A stretch of 64,000 bases of DNA, from assembly GCA_963822445.1 (NCBI GenBank), contig CAWGHO010000003.1:256001-320000 (forward strand). The letters run 5' to 3'. Under the pieces are notes generated by a model. That model was not told where the DNA came from. It did no database searches and saw only the letters and a program-made list of their open reading frames with translations. Positions 56,354 to 64,000 of the stretch are shown in pieces; the stretch's first letter is position 1; each line of letters begins with the position of its first letter. Made by a program: the position numbers and the translations under genes. The stretch comes from an uncultured Acidobacteriota bacterium. Lineage in GTDB: Bacteria > Acidobacteriota > Thermoanaerobaculia > Gp7-AA8.

Positions 56354-58336
56354 ATGCCCCTGGCCGCGCCGAATCTCGATGACCGCAACTTCGCGCAGAT
56401 CGTGGCCGAAGCGAAGACGCTCATCCCGCGGTACACGCCGGAGTGGACCGACTTCAACGAGAGCGATCCCGGCATCACGCTCGTGCAGCTCTTCGCGTGG
56501 ATGACGGAGATGCTGATCTACCGGCTCAACCGCGTGCCGGACCGCAACTACATCGAGTTCCTCCGCCTCCTCGGCATCGAGCTGGAACCGGCGCAGCCGG
56601 CCAGCGCCGAGCTCACGTTCACCCTCGCGCGCAACGACCTCGACGTCGTGATGGTGCCGAAGGGAACGCAGATCGCGGCCGCGTCGTCGGGCGGCGGCGC
56701 GCCGGCCATCTTCGAGACGAACGAAACACTCATCGCGCTCGGGGCGAAGCTCGTGGCGATCCAGAGCTTCGACGCCTACAGCTTCTCGAACGAGACCACG
56801 AAGAACGGCGCGGCCGGACAGACGTTCTACCCGTTCGGAACGCGCGCACGCGCGGAGTCGGCGCTGCTTCTCGGTTTCGCGTCGCCGCTGCCGTTTACCT
56901 CGCAGCAGGTAAATCTGCTCGTGTACGTCCACACCGGCGAAGACGAGCGCGAGACGCATTGCGAGCTCGATCTCGGCGTGGCGCCGCCGCCGGCGACGTT
57001 CATCTGGGAGTACTACGACGGCCGCGACTGGCAGCGCTTCGAGATCGACAAGGACGAGACACGAGCGTTCACGCGCAGCGGGCACATTTATTTCCCCGGG
57101 CCGGGCACGCGCGTCGCGAAAGCGATCATCGGCGACACCACCACCCCGCTCTACTGGATCCGCGCGCGGCTCGCCGCGGCGACGTACGAAAAAGCGCCGC
57201 AGCTCGAGTCGATCCTGACGAACACGGTCACCGCCACGCAGGCGCTCACGGTGCGCGGCGAGATTCTCGGCAGCACGGACAGCCGTCCCGGACAGATGTT
57301 CAAGCTCGCCAGCGCGCCGGTGGTCGTGCGCGAGCGGCCGGAGACGGTGAAGACCTCCGCGGGCATCGTGACGGTCACGAGCCTGCGTCTCGAGATCGAC
57401 GAAGGACGCGGCTTCGAGGTATGGCAGGAGGTCGACGACTTCCACGCGTCGACTCCCGACGACCAGCACTACAAGCTCAATCGCAACACCGGCGAGATCG
57501 CGTTCGGCGACGGCGAGCACGGGCGGATTCCGGTCGCGAACTTCACGCCCGATCCGAACGTGATCGCGCGCGAGTACCGCTTCGGCGGCGGCAAGGCGGG
57601 AAACGTCGCCGCCGGAACGGTGACGTCGATGCAGACGACCGTCGAGTCGGTGTCGGGCGTGGCGAATCTCCGCGCCGCGTATGGCGGCTCGGAAGAAGAG
57701 ACGCTCGCCAGCGCGAAGCTGCGCGCGCCGCTCGCGCTCAAGAGCAAGAACCGCGCGGTGACCGCGGAGGACTTCGAATACCTCGCGATGGCCACGCCCG
57801 GCGCAAGGCTCCATCGCGCGAAAGCGCTGCCGCTGATCCATCCGCGATTCGGAAACGTCGGCGTGCCGGGAGTGGTCAGCGTCGTCGTCGTTCCCGACGG
57901 CGATGCGCCGAACCCGATGCCGAACGAGACGACGCGCCTTCTCGTCTGCAAGCACCTGAATCAGCACCGCCTGCTGACGTCGGAGGTCTACGTGGTCGCC
58001 CCGACGTACCGGCTCGTGCGCATCGAAGCGGACGTGATCGTCGATCCCGCCGGCGATCTCGCCGAAGTGAAGCGCACGCTCGACGCCGCGATTTCCAGGT
58101 ACTTCCACCCCCTGACCGGCGGCAATGACGAGCAGGGATGGCCGTTCGGCGGAACGATTTTCTATTCGGACGTGTACCGCGTTCTGCTGCAGGTGCCCTA
58201 CGTCCTGCGCCTGCGCGACAACCAGCTCGTGATCTGGCTCGACGACGAGCGGCAGACGTTCTGCCGCGACGTCGAGATCAACCAGGGAGAGCTCGTCTAC
58301 AACGACGGCCACAACATCAGCGTGGCGTATCTGTGA
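56354..58336 (+). CDS. Baseplate J-like protein (Afp11-like)
   Basis: PNLDDR.F, IPRYTPEWTD.N.SDPG.TL..LFAW, FGDG..G..P, RAVT.EDFE, HPLTGG....GWPFG. Confidence 0.94.
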   Translation: MPLAAPNLDDRNFAQIVAEAKTLIPRYTPEWTDFNESDPGITLVQLFAWMTEMLIYRLNRVPDRNYIEFLRLLGIELEPAQPASAELTFTLARNDLDVVMVPKGTQIAAASSGGGAPAIFETNETLIALGAKLVAIQSFDAYSFSNETTKNGAAGQTFYPFGTRARAESALLLGFASPLPFTSQQVNLLVYVHTGEDERETHCELDLGVAPPPATFIWEYYDGRDWQRFEIDKDETRAFTRSGHIYFPGPGTRVAKAIIGDTTTPLYWIRARLAAATYEKAPQLESILTNTVTATQALTVRGEILGSTDSRPGQMFKLASAPVVVRERPETVKTSAGIVTVTSLRLEIDEGRGFEVWQEVDDFHASTPDDQHYKLNRNTGEIAFGDGEHGRIPVANFTPDPNVIAREYRFGGGKAGNVAAGTVTSMQTTVESVSGVANLRAAYGGSEEETLASAKLRAPLALKSKNRAVTAEDFEYLAMATPGARLHRAKALPLIHPRFGNVGVPGVVSVVVVPDGDAPNPMPNETTRLLVCKHLNQHRLLTSEVYVVAPTYRLVRIEADVIVDPAGDLAEVKRTLDAAISRYFHPLTGGNDEQGWPFGGTIFYSDVYRVLLQVPYVLRLRDNQLVIWLDDERQTFCRDVEINQGELVYNDGHNISVAYL

Positions 58337-58343
58337 GCCGGCG

Positions 58344-60452
58344 ATGACCACGATGCGCAACGACACGCTTCTGCTCGATGCCCGGGCCGGCTGGCGCAAG
58401 GGCTGGGCGGAAGCGGCGATCGAGACCAGCGGCGCGATCCGTCTGCGGCGCCAGCCCGCGTCGATCCGGCCGCTCGCCGACGCATCGGGATCGTTCGGCG
58501 GCCTAACGAATCCCGGCGGACTCGCCATCGATCGCGACGGGCGGATCTACGTCCTCACCGAGGATGGCACGCGCATCCGCCGCTTCGATCCGTGCGCCGG
58601 CGCGTTCGAGACGCTGAGGTGCATCGGCACGCGCGGCGGCGCGCCGCGGCAGCTCGATGGCGCGAAGGGCATCGACATCTCGTGTCACGGCGATCTTTTC
58701 GTCGCCGACACCGGCAACGCGCGCGTGCAGGTTTTCTCGCTCAAAGGACTCGCGTTGCGCGCGATCTGGACGCGTCCGGAATGGGAGCCGTGGGACGTCG
58801 CCGTCGCGCGCGACGGCTGCGTGTTCGTCACCGACCGCGCGAACGGGCTCGTGCACCGCTTCGACTGTCATGGCGTGTGGCGCGCGGCGTACGGTGGCTT
58901 CGAGCGGCCGACGCATCTCGCCATCGACCGCGAATGCCGGCTCTACGTGATCCAGGAGGGGAGCGATTCCGTCGTCGTCCTCGACGCGAACGGCAAGATC
59001 CTCGAGACGATCGCGCGAGCGAACGAAGCCGAAGAGCGTTTCTGTCCGACCGGGCTCTCGGTCGACGCGGACGGGAACGTGTGCATCGCCGATTCTTCGG
59101 GGCTGCTCTTCGTCGCCGACAAGGACGGCGAGACACACGGCGCCGCGCGTGCGTGTCGTCTTCCGGCGATGCAGGCCGGCGGCGTCGTGTTCGATCGCGA
59201 CGGCAATCCGGTCGTCGCCGACGCCGATCGGGAGCGCATCTGCTCGATCGACGCGAGCGCCGCGTACGAAACGAGCGGCGTGTTCATCTCCGACTCTCTC
59301 GACAGCCGCATCTACAACTGCCAGTGGCATCGCGTCGTGTTGCGCGGCTCGCTGGTCTCCGGCACGCGCGTGCGCGTCGACACGTTCACATCCGAGTCGC
59401 TGCGGGCGATCGACGAGATCCTCGCGCTTCCCGACTCGCGTTGGGCGACGCGCCAGCTCGATACGAGCGTCGGCGACGGCGAGTGGGACTGCCTCGTGAT
59501 CAGCCCGCCGGGGCGATACCTCTGGCTGCGCATCACGCTCGCCGGAAACGGCACTGCGACGCCTTCGCTGGCGAGCGTGCGCGCGTTCTTCCCCCGCGCG
59601 TCTTCGCTGCGGTTCCTCCCCGCCGTCTACACCGAAGAACCGGTCAGTCGCGAGTTTCTCGGCCGCTTCCTCTCGATTTTCGACAGCGTCCGCGCGACGG
59701 TCTCCGATCGCATCGCCGATCTCGAGTCGTACTTCGATCCCGCGTCGGCGCCTGCGGAATCGGGCTCGCCGCGCGCCGCCGATTTTCTGTCGTGGCTCGC
59801 GTCGTGGGTCGGACTGGCGCTGGAGCGCCACTGGCCGGAGTCGAAGCGCCGCGCTCTGCTGAAGAACGCGCACAAGCTCTACGAGCTGCGCGGCACACCC
59901 GAGGGATTGCGGCTGCACGTCGAGCTGTACACGGGACGCTCGCCGCGCATCCTCGAGCATTTCCGCCTGCGCCGCTGGACGTTCCTCGGCGAATCGCGCC
60001 TCGGCGATTGTTCCGCGCTCTTCGGCGCGGCGATCGTGCAGCGGCTGCAGCTCGGCGTGAACGATCGCATCGGCCAGTTCCGCCTCACCGACACGGGCGA
60101 CCCGCTCCGCGATCCGTTCTACGTCTACGCGCACAAGTTCACGGTGGTCGTGCCGGCGCTGCGCGGCGAAGACGCCGAGCTGCAGCGGCGCACGCTCGAA
60201 CGGATCATCGAGATGGCGAAGCCCGCACATGCGCAGGGCGATCTGCAGGTGACCGAGGGACGGCTGCGGATCGGAATTCAGTCGTTCGTCGGCGTCGACA
60301 CCATCATCAGCGACTACCCGCGCGACGTGGTCGAAGGAGAGCGGCGCCTGGGATTCGACGCCGTCCTCGGCCAATCAGAAGACGAAGCGAACCCGCCGGC
60401 GATGCGCGTCGGCGTGCGAACGAGGATCGGCGCCACGACTTTGCTGCGCTGA
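58344..60452 (+). CDS. Baseplate wedge / tail protein I (P2 gpI-like) fused to an NHL beta-propeller
   Basis: N-terminal NHL repeats (P.GLAID.DG.IYV, VADTGN.RVQ.F). C-terminal LPAVY, FL.RFL..F, FL.WLA.W, Y..RGT..GL, KPAH. Confidence 0.88.
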   Translation: MTTMRNDTLLLDARAGWRKGWAEAAIETSGAIRLRRQPASIRPLADASGSFGGLTNPGGLAIDRDGRIYVLTEDGTRIRRFDPCAGAFETLRCIGTRGGAPRQLDGAKGIDISCHGDLFVADTGNARVQVFSLKGLALRAIWTRPEWEPWDVAVARDGCVFVTDRANGLVHRFDCHGVWRAAYGGFERPTHLAIDRECRLYVIQEGSDSVVVLDANGKILETIARANEAEERFCPTGLSVDADGNVCIADSSGLLFVADKDGETHGAARACRLPAMQAGGVVFDRDGNPVVADADRERICSIDASAAYETSGVFISDSLDSRIYNCQWHRVVLRGSLVSGTRVRVDTFTSESLRAIDEILALPDSRWATRQLDTSVGDGEWDCLVISPPGRYLWLRITLAGNGTATPSLASVRAFFPRASSLRFLPAVYTEEPVSREFLGRFLSIFDSVRATVSDRIADLESYFDPASAPAESGSPRAADFLSWLASWVGLALERHWPESKRRALLKNAHKLYELRGTPEGLRLHVELYTGRSPRILEHFRLRRWTFLGESRLGDCSALFGAAIVQRLQLGVNDRIGQFRLTDTGDPLRDPFYVYAHKFTVVVPALRGEDAELQRRTLERIIEMAKPAHAQGDLQVTEGRLRIGIQSFVGVDTIISDYPRDVVEGERRLGFDAVLGQSEDEANPPAMRVGVRTRIGATTLLR

Positions 60453-60464
60453 TCGGAGGAGCCC

Positions 60465-63161
60465 ATGACCGAGACATTGCACCTGCGCCGCACCGAGCAC
60501 GAGCACGATCACGATCACGACCGCGCCTGCGTCGAGTGCGAGGTCCCTCAGCTCGCGCGCAATCACTACTTCACCGGGAAGCTTCTCGTCGAGCGCGACT
60601 TCACCGACGAGCAGCGCTACTTCATCGGGAAGGACCGCCGCCACAACCAGCGCCTGCACGGGTGGGGAACGGTGTGCGGTCTGAAGGTCGAGCCGCACGC
60701 GAATCCCGCGTGCCGCGCGAAGTACGTGGTGGTGCGTCCCGGCACTGCGATCGACTGCTGCGGACGGGAGATCCTCGTGCAGCGCGACGACACGTTCGAT
60801 TTTCGCGAGCGCGTCGAGGAGCTGCTGCGCGCGAAGCATCACACGCCCGACGACCAGGAGCTCGCCGATACCGACAGGCACCGGCTGCAGATCTGCCTGC
60901 GCTATCGCGAGTGCGCGGCCGAGGATGTGCCGGCGGTGTTCGACGAGTGCGGATGCGATGACAGCGGCTGCATGCCGAACCGCGTCCTCGAGTCGTACCA
61001 GCTCGACGTGCTGCTCGATCCGAAACCGAAGGCGCCGCCGCATGATCCGAAGCACGTCGAGCTCGCATGGGACTCGACGGTGAACGTGAACCTCGCCTCG
61101 ACGGTGGTGCTCGACCAGAGCCGCAAGCGGCTGTGGGTGGCGGGGCTGGCGTCGTTGAGCGAAGCGATCGCGTACTCCTACACGACCGAGAACTACAGCC
61201 TGCTCACCGTCGGATCGATCAAGGATCCGCGCGCGTTCCGCGTGTCGCGGGACGGCACGCTGCTCTACATCGGCCGTGCCGTCGCCGGCAAGATCGTCGT
61301 CGAGCTCTTCGACGCGCTGACGTACACACCGGCATCGGCGCCGATTCGCTCGATCACCATTCCGGACGCCGGCGCGAGCGGACTGGTGATGGCGCCGTCG
61401 ATCGACGGCCGCGTCTACATCTACGTTCATCTGCAGGAGACGAATCAGAAGACGCATGTCCTCGTGTACGACCGCGAGCTGAAGACGAAGCTCGGCGACG
61501 TCGCGGTCGGCGCGGGCGGCTTCGGCATCACCCTCACGGACGACGGCAGCTCGCTGTTCGTGACGAATTCGACCGACGGCACGATCACCGAGATCGACGC
61601 GGCGACGCTGACCGCGAAAACGATCGTCACAACGCCGGGCGTGCGCTACGCGAGGGTGGCGGCGATCGAGACCACGGCGGACACGCGGCTCGCCGTTGCG
61701 GATCCCACCGCGAAAAAGCTCTACCTCTTCAGCGTCAAAGCGGGCGTCGCGACGCAGCTCGGCGATCCGTTCGCGCTGGACGGCACGCCGCGCGACCTGA
61801 TCTTCTCGACGGGAGGCGTGTGGATTTACGCGCTCGTCGAGGACGCGGCGAAGAAAGGCACGCTGCAGGCGGTCAACGCGCACGCGATCGAGTTGAAGAA
61901 GCCCCAGACGCCGCCGACGGTGACGATCGGAGAGCAGCCGCGCGACATCGCCATCACCAACAATGGCCGGCGCATCTTCGCCGCGTACCTCGGTCCCCTC
62001 GATCCGCCGGCGTCGGGAACCACGCCGCCGGTCAGCGGCGGCGTCGCGGTCATCGACGTCATCGAGCACGACTGCTCGACGATTCTCGACGGCATCATCG
62101 GACCGTGTCCTTCGTGCGGCGATGAAGACGAGTGTCTCGTCCTCGCGACGATCGACGATTACGTGCTCGGCGATGCCGTCGAAGAAGACGACATCGACAA
62201 TCTCACCGACCGGCGGCTGCTTCCCAGCACGAGCGTGCTGACGGACATCGTCCGTTGCCTGCTCGAACAGCCGGGAGGAGGAGGCGCGCCGGGACCGCAA
62301 GGACCGCCGGGTCCGAGCGGCCCGACGGGACCTGCGGGTGTGACGGGCGCAACGGGACCCGCCGGCCCGACAGGTCCCGGCGGAGCGGGAAGCATCGGAC
62401 CAACCGGACCAACCGGGCCAAGCGGACCAACGGGACCAATCGGACCAACCGGGCCTGCCGGGATCGGAAGCATCGGTCCGACCGGACCAATCGGACCGAC
62501 GGGACCAATCGGACCGACGGGCCCGATCGGACTGACGGGCCCGATCGGCCCCACCGGTCCCGCGGCGCCGGAGCTCAAGCTACCGCGCATCGTGGCGACC
62601 AGCTGGGAGCACGGCCAGATCTTTCCGGGCGACGCGATCGGCGCGGGTCCCGACAGCCTTCTCGTCGCGTTCGACCAGAGCATTCCCGTGAAGGCGGAGA
62701 CGCTCCATGGGTTCACGTTCGAGGTTTACGTCCGAGGGCAGCCGACGCCGAACGTTCCGCTGTTCCAGGCGCCGTACAACAAACTCTACGGAGTCGTCGA
62801 AGCGCTGCAGCTGAAGGCGGATTGCAGCTCGGGCATCACCATCTCCAACCCGAAGGTCGTGACGACGGGTCCGGTCACCGGCATGCGCTTCCGTCCGATC
62901 CCGGCGAATGCCAACACGCCGGCGCGATTCTTCATCGGCGAATACGTGGTTCTCATCGACGGCAACTTCATCCTCGGCAACGACAAGATCGACATCGCAG
63001 GCAGGAAGGTCTTCCCCGCGCTCGACGGCGAACACTTCGCTCCGGGTCTCCGCGGGACGGACTCGCGCTGCCCGAGCGGCGACCGCATCGAGGGCGGTAC
63101 GTTCCGAAGCTGGTTCTGGGTGGGGCAGCCCTTCCGTCCCGACACGAACGCGATCAAATGA
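60465..63161 (+). CDS. Putative tail-fibre protein: eCIS attachment domain, YVTN-like propeller and collagen-like repeat
   Basis: R.HYF.GKLL...DF..EQ.Y and LHGWG.VCGL, beta-propeller repeats, and a (GXY)n tract. Confidence 0.78.
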   Translation: MTETLHLRRTEHEHDHDHDRACVECEVPQLARNHYFTGKLLVERDFTDEQRYFIGKDRRHNQRLHGWGTVCGLKVEPHANPACRAKYVVVRPGTAIDCCGREILVQRDDTFDFRERVEELLRAKHHTPDDQELADTDRHRLQICLRYRECAAEDVPAVFDECGCDDSGCMPNRVLESYQLDVLLDPKPKAPPHDPKHVELAWDSTVNVNLASTVVLDQSRKRLWVAGLASLSEAIAYSYTTENYSLLTVGSIKDPRAFRVSRDGTLLYIGRAVAGKIVVELFDALTYTPASAPIRSITIPDAGASGLVMAPSIDGRVYIYVHLQETNQKTHVLVYDRELKTKLGDVAVGAGGFGITLTDDGSSLFVTNSTDGTITEIDAATLTAKTIVTTPGVRYARVAAIETTADTRLAVADPTAKKLYLFSVKAGVATQLGDPFALDGTPRDLIFSTGGVWIYALVEDAAKKGTLQAVNAHAIELKKPQTPPTVTIGEQPRDIAITNNGRRIFAAYLGPLDPPASGTTPPVSGGVAVIDVIEHDCSTILDGIIGPCPSCGDEDECLVLATIDDYVLGDAVEEDDIDNLTDRRLLPSTSVLTDIVRCLLEQPGGGGAPGPQGPPGPSGPTGPAGVTGATGPAGPTGPGGAGSIGPTGPTGPSGPTGPIGPTGPAGIGSIGPTGPIGPTGPIGPTGPIGLTGPIGPTGPAAPELKLPRIVATSWEHGQIFPGDAIGAGPDSLLVAFDQSIPVKAETLHGFTFEVYVRGQPTPNVPLFQAPYNKLYGVVEALQLKADCSSGITISNPKVVTTGPVTGMRFRPIPANANTPARFFIGEYVVLIDGNFILGNDKIDIAGRKVFPALDGEHFAPGLRGTDSRCPSGDRIEGGTFRSWFWVGQPFRPDTNAIK
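62285..62565 (+). repeat. Collagen-like 9-bp/18-bp coding repeat (GPT/GPI/GPA)
   Basis: ggaccaaccggaccaatc-type tandem units in frame within 60465-63161. Confidence 0.9.
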
Positions 63162-63183
63162 CATCCGCGGGCTCACGGAGGAA

Positions 63184-64000
63184 ATGATGGCCAGAATGAC
63201 ATACACGACGTCGACGTCGATCCGTAGCTACGCGAGGCTGTCGTCGAAGCGCAAGACGAGCGCGAAGTCCGATTGCGGATGCCCGGCGTGCCGCGGCCTC
63301 GAGTGCATGGAGCGCCCGCGCTACTTCGCCGGACAGCTGCTGACCGAGGCGGAGCTGAACAGCGAGCAGGCGTACGTGCTCGCGAAGAATCGCCTGCACA
63401 ATCGCTATCTCCATGGCTGGGGTGTCGTGTGCGGATTGGAAGTCGTCTGCTCGCAGTGCGACGGCTGGGTGACGGTCAAGGAAGGGTACGCGATCGATCC
63501 GTGCGGAAACGACATCGTCGTCTGCAAGCAGACCGACTTCAACCTGATCGAAGAGATTCGCAAGTGCATCGACGCGCGGCGCCGCGCAGCCGAGGTCTGC
63601 CCGCCCTGGCAGGACCCGAACGCCGATTGCGTGGACCAGGAAGATCACTGGTGCGTCACGATCCGGTACATCGAGACCGAGGCGCGCCCGACGATGCCGT
63701 TGCGGCAGGAAGGCACGTCGACCGGCTGCGACAACGGCTGCGGCTGCGGCGGGAATGGGAAGAAAACCGCGCGCGCCTCGGCGACGAAATCGGGCTGCTC
63801 GTGCGGCGGCGGATGCGGTGACGCGCCTTCCGCGCCGAAGGCGAAAGCACGCGGCGTCGCCTGCGAGCCCACGCGCATCCTCGAGCAGTTCCGCCTCGAG
63901 ATCGTGCCGCAGCCCGCGGAGTGCCGCGACGTCCATGCGAAAACGATCGGCGGCGTCGCGACGACGGCCGTGGAAATCGACCGGGCCAGCCAGACCCTGC
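63184..64000 (+). CDS. Cys-rich eCIS protein with an N-terminal domain paralogous to 60465; truncated by the window end
   Basis: RBS ggagg. The frame stays open to the window end: CGCPAC.GLEC.ERPRYFAGQLLTE.ELN.EQ.Y...HNRYLHGWGVVCGL. It is absent from the ORF track because it has no stop codon in the window. Confidence 0.85.
   Translation, partial: MMARMTYTTSTSIRSYARLSSKRKTSAKSDCGCPACRGLECMERPRYFAGQLLTEAELNSEQAYVLAKNRLHNRYLHGWGVVCGLEVVCSQCDGWVTVKEGYAIDPCGNDIVVCKQTDFNLIEEIRKCIDARRRAAEVCPPWQDPNADCVDQEDHWCVTIRYIETEARPTMPLRQEGTSTGCDNGCGCGGNGKKTARASATKSGCSCGGGCGDAPSAPKAKARGVACEPTRILEQFRLEIVPQPAECRDVHAKTIGGVATTAVEIDRASQTL

Larger units (their letters stand above)
44976..64000 (+). other. Extracellular contractile injection system (eCIS, Afp/PVC-like) structural operon, continuing beyond the window
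   Basis: Gene order is cap, 2 sheaths, 2 tubes, LysM, gpD, gpV, gp25, baseplate J, gpI, fibres. No capsid, portal or terminase and no T6SS membrane complex genes. Confidence 0.93.

Noticed and set aside
62285-62565. CRISPR array or non-coding tandem repeat
   Set aside because: The units are in-frame Gly-X-Y codons with no unique spacers and no cas genes. No CRISPR array was seen anywhere in the window.
44976-64000. Prophage or type VI secretion system
   Set aside because: There is no capsid, portal, terminase, integrase or lysis gene and no TssJLM or ClpV. DUF4255, two sheaths, two tubes and LysM fit an eCIS.

Overview
This is a high-GC bacterial window. Its gene content suggests Acidobacteriota, possibly Thermoanaerobaculia (inference from three Ser/Thr kinase + TolB-like propeller genes, carboxypeptidase-regulatory-like repeat proteins and unusual ECF sigmas). 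From left to right: (i) 0-7 kb is a decayed, partly duplicated S8 subtilase around a nitrilase, a tRNA-Glu 3' remnant, a kinase and a PhyH dioxygenase. (ii) 7-11.9 kb is a more AT-rich, tightly coupled four-gene operon (PRTase-like, P-loop ATPase, CARF-like, N6-adenine DNA methyltransferase) that looks like an uncharacterised defence system. (iii) Two divergent kinase genes follow. (iv) 18-27 kb holds an accessory-looking metK-metG pair converging on a translationally coupled operon (lipase, transglutaminase-NACHT-FGE protein, SAM methyltransferase, B3/4 tRNA-editing protein), the most unusual gene association in the window. (v) Next come a CapA-NlpC/P60-MurE-like cassette, secreted proteins, two sigma-like genes and a second tRNA-Glu remnant. 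(vi) 38-64 kb is an extracellular contractile injection system (eCIS, Afp/PVC-like) that runs off the right edge. It is preceded by a sigma54 activator, three candidate effectors sharing an LQxxAGNxAV leader, and a recognisable sigma54 promoter. All calls come from reading motifs by eye; no database searches were run.
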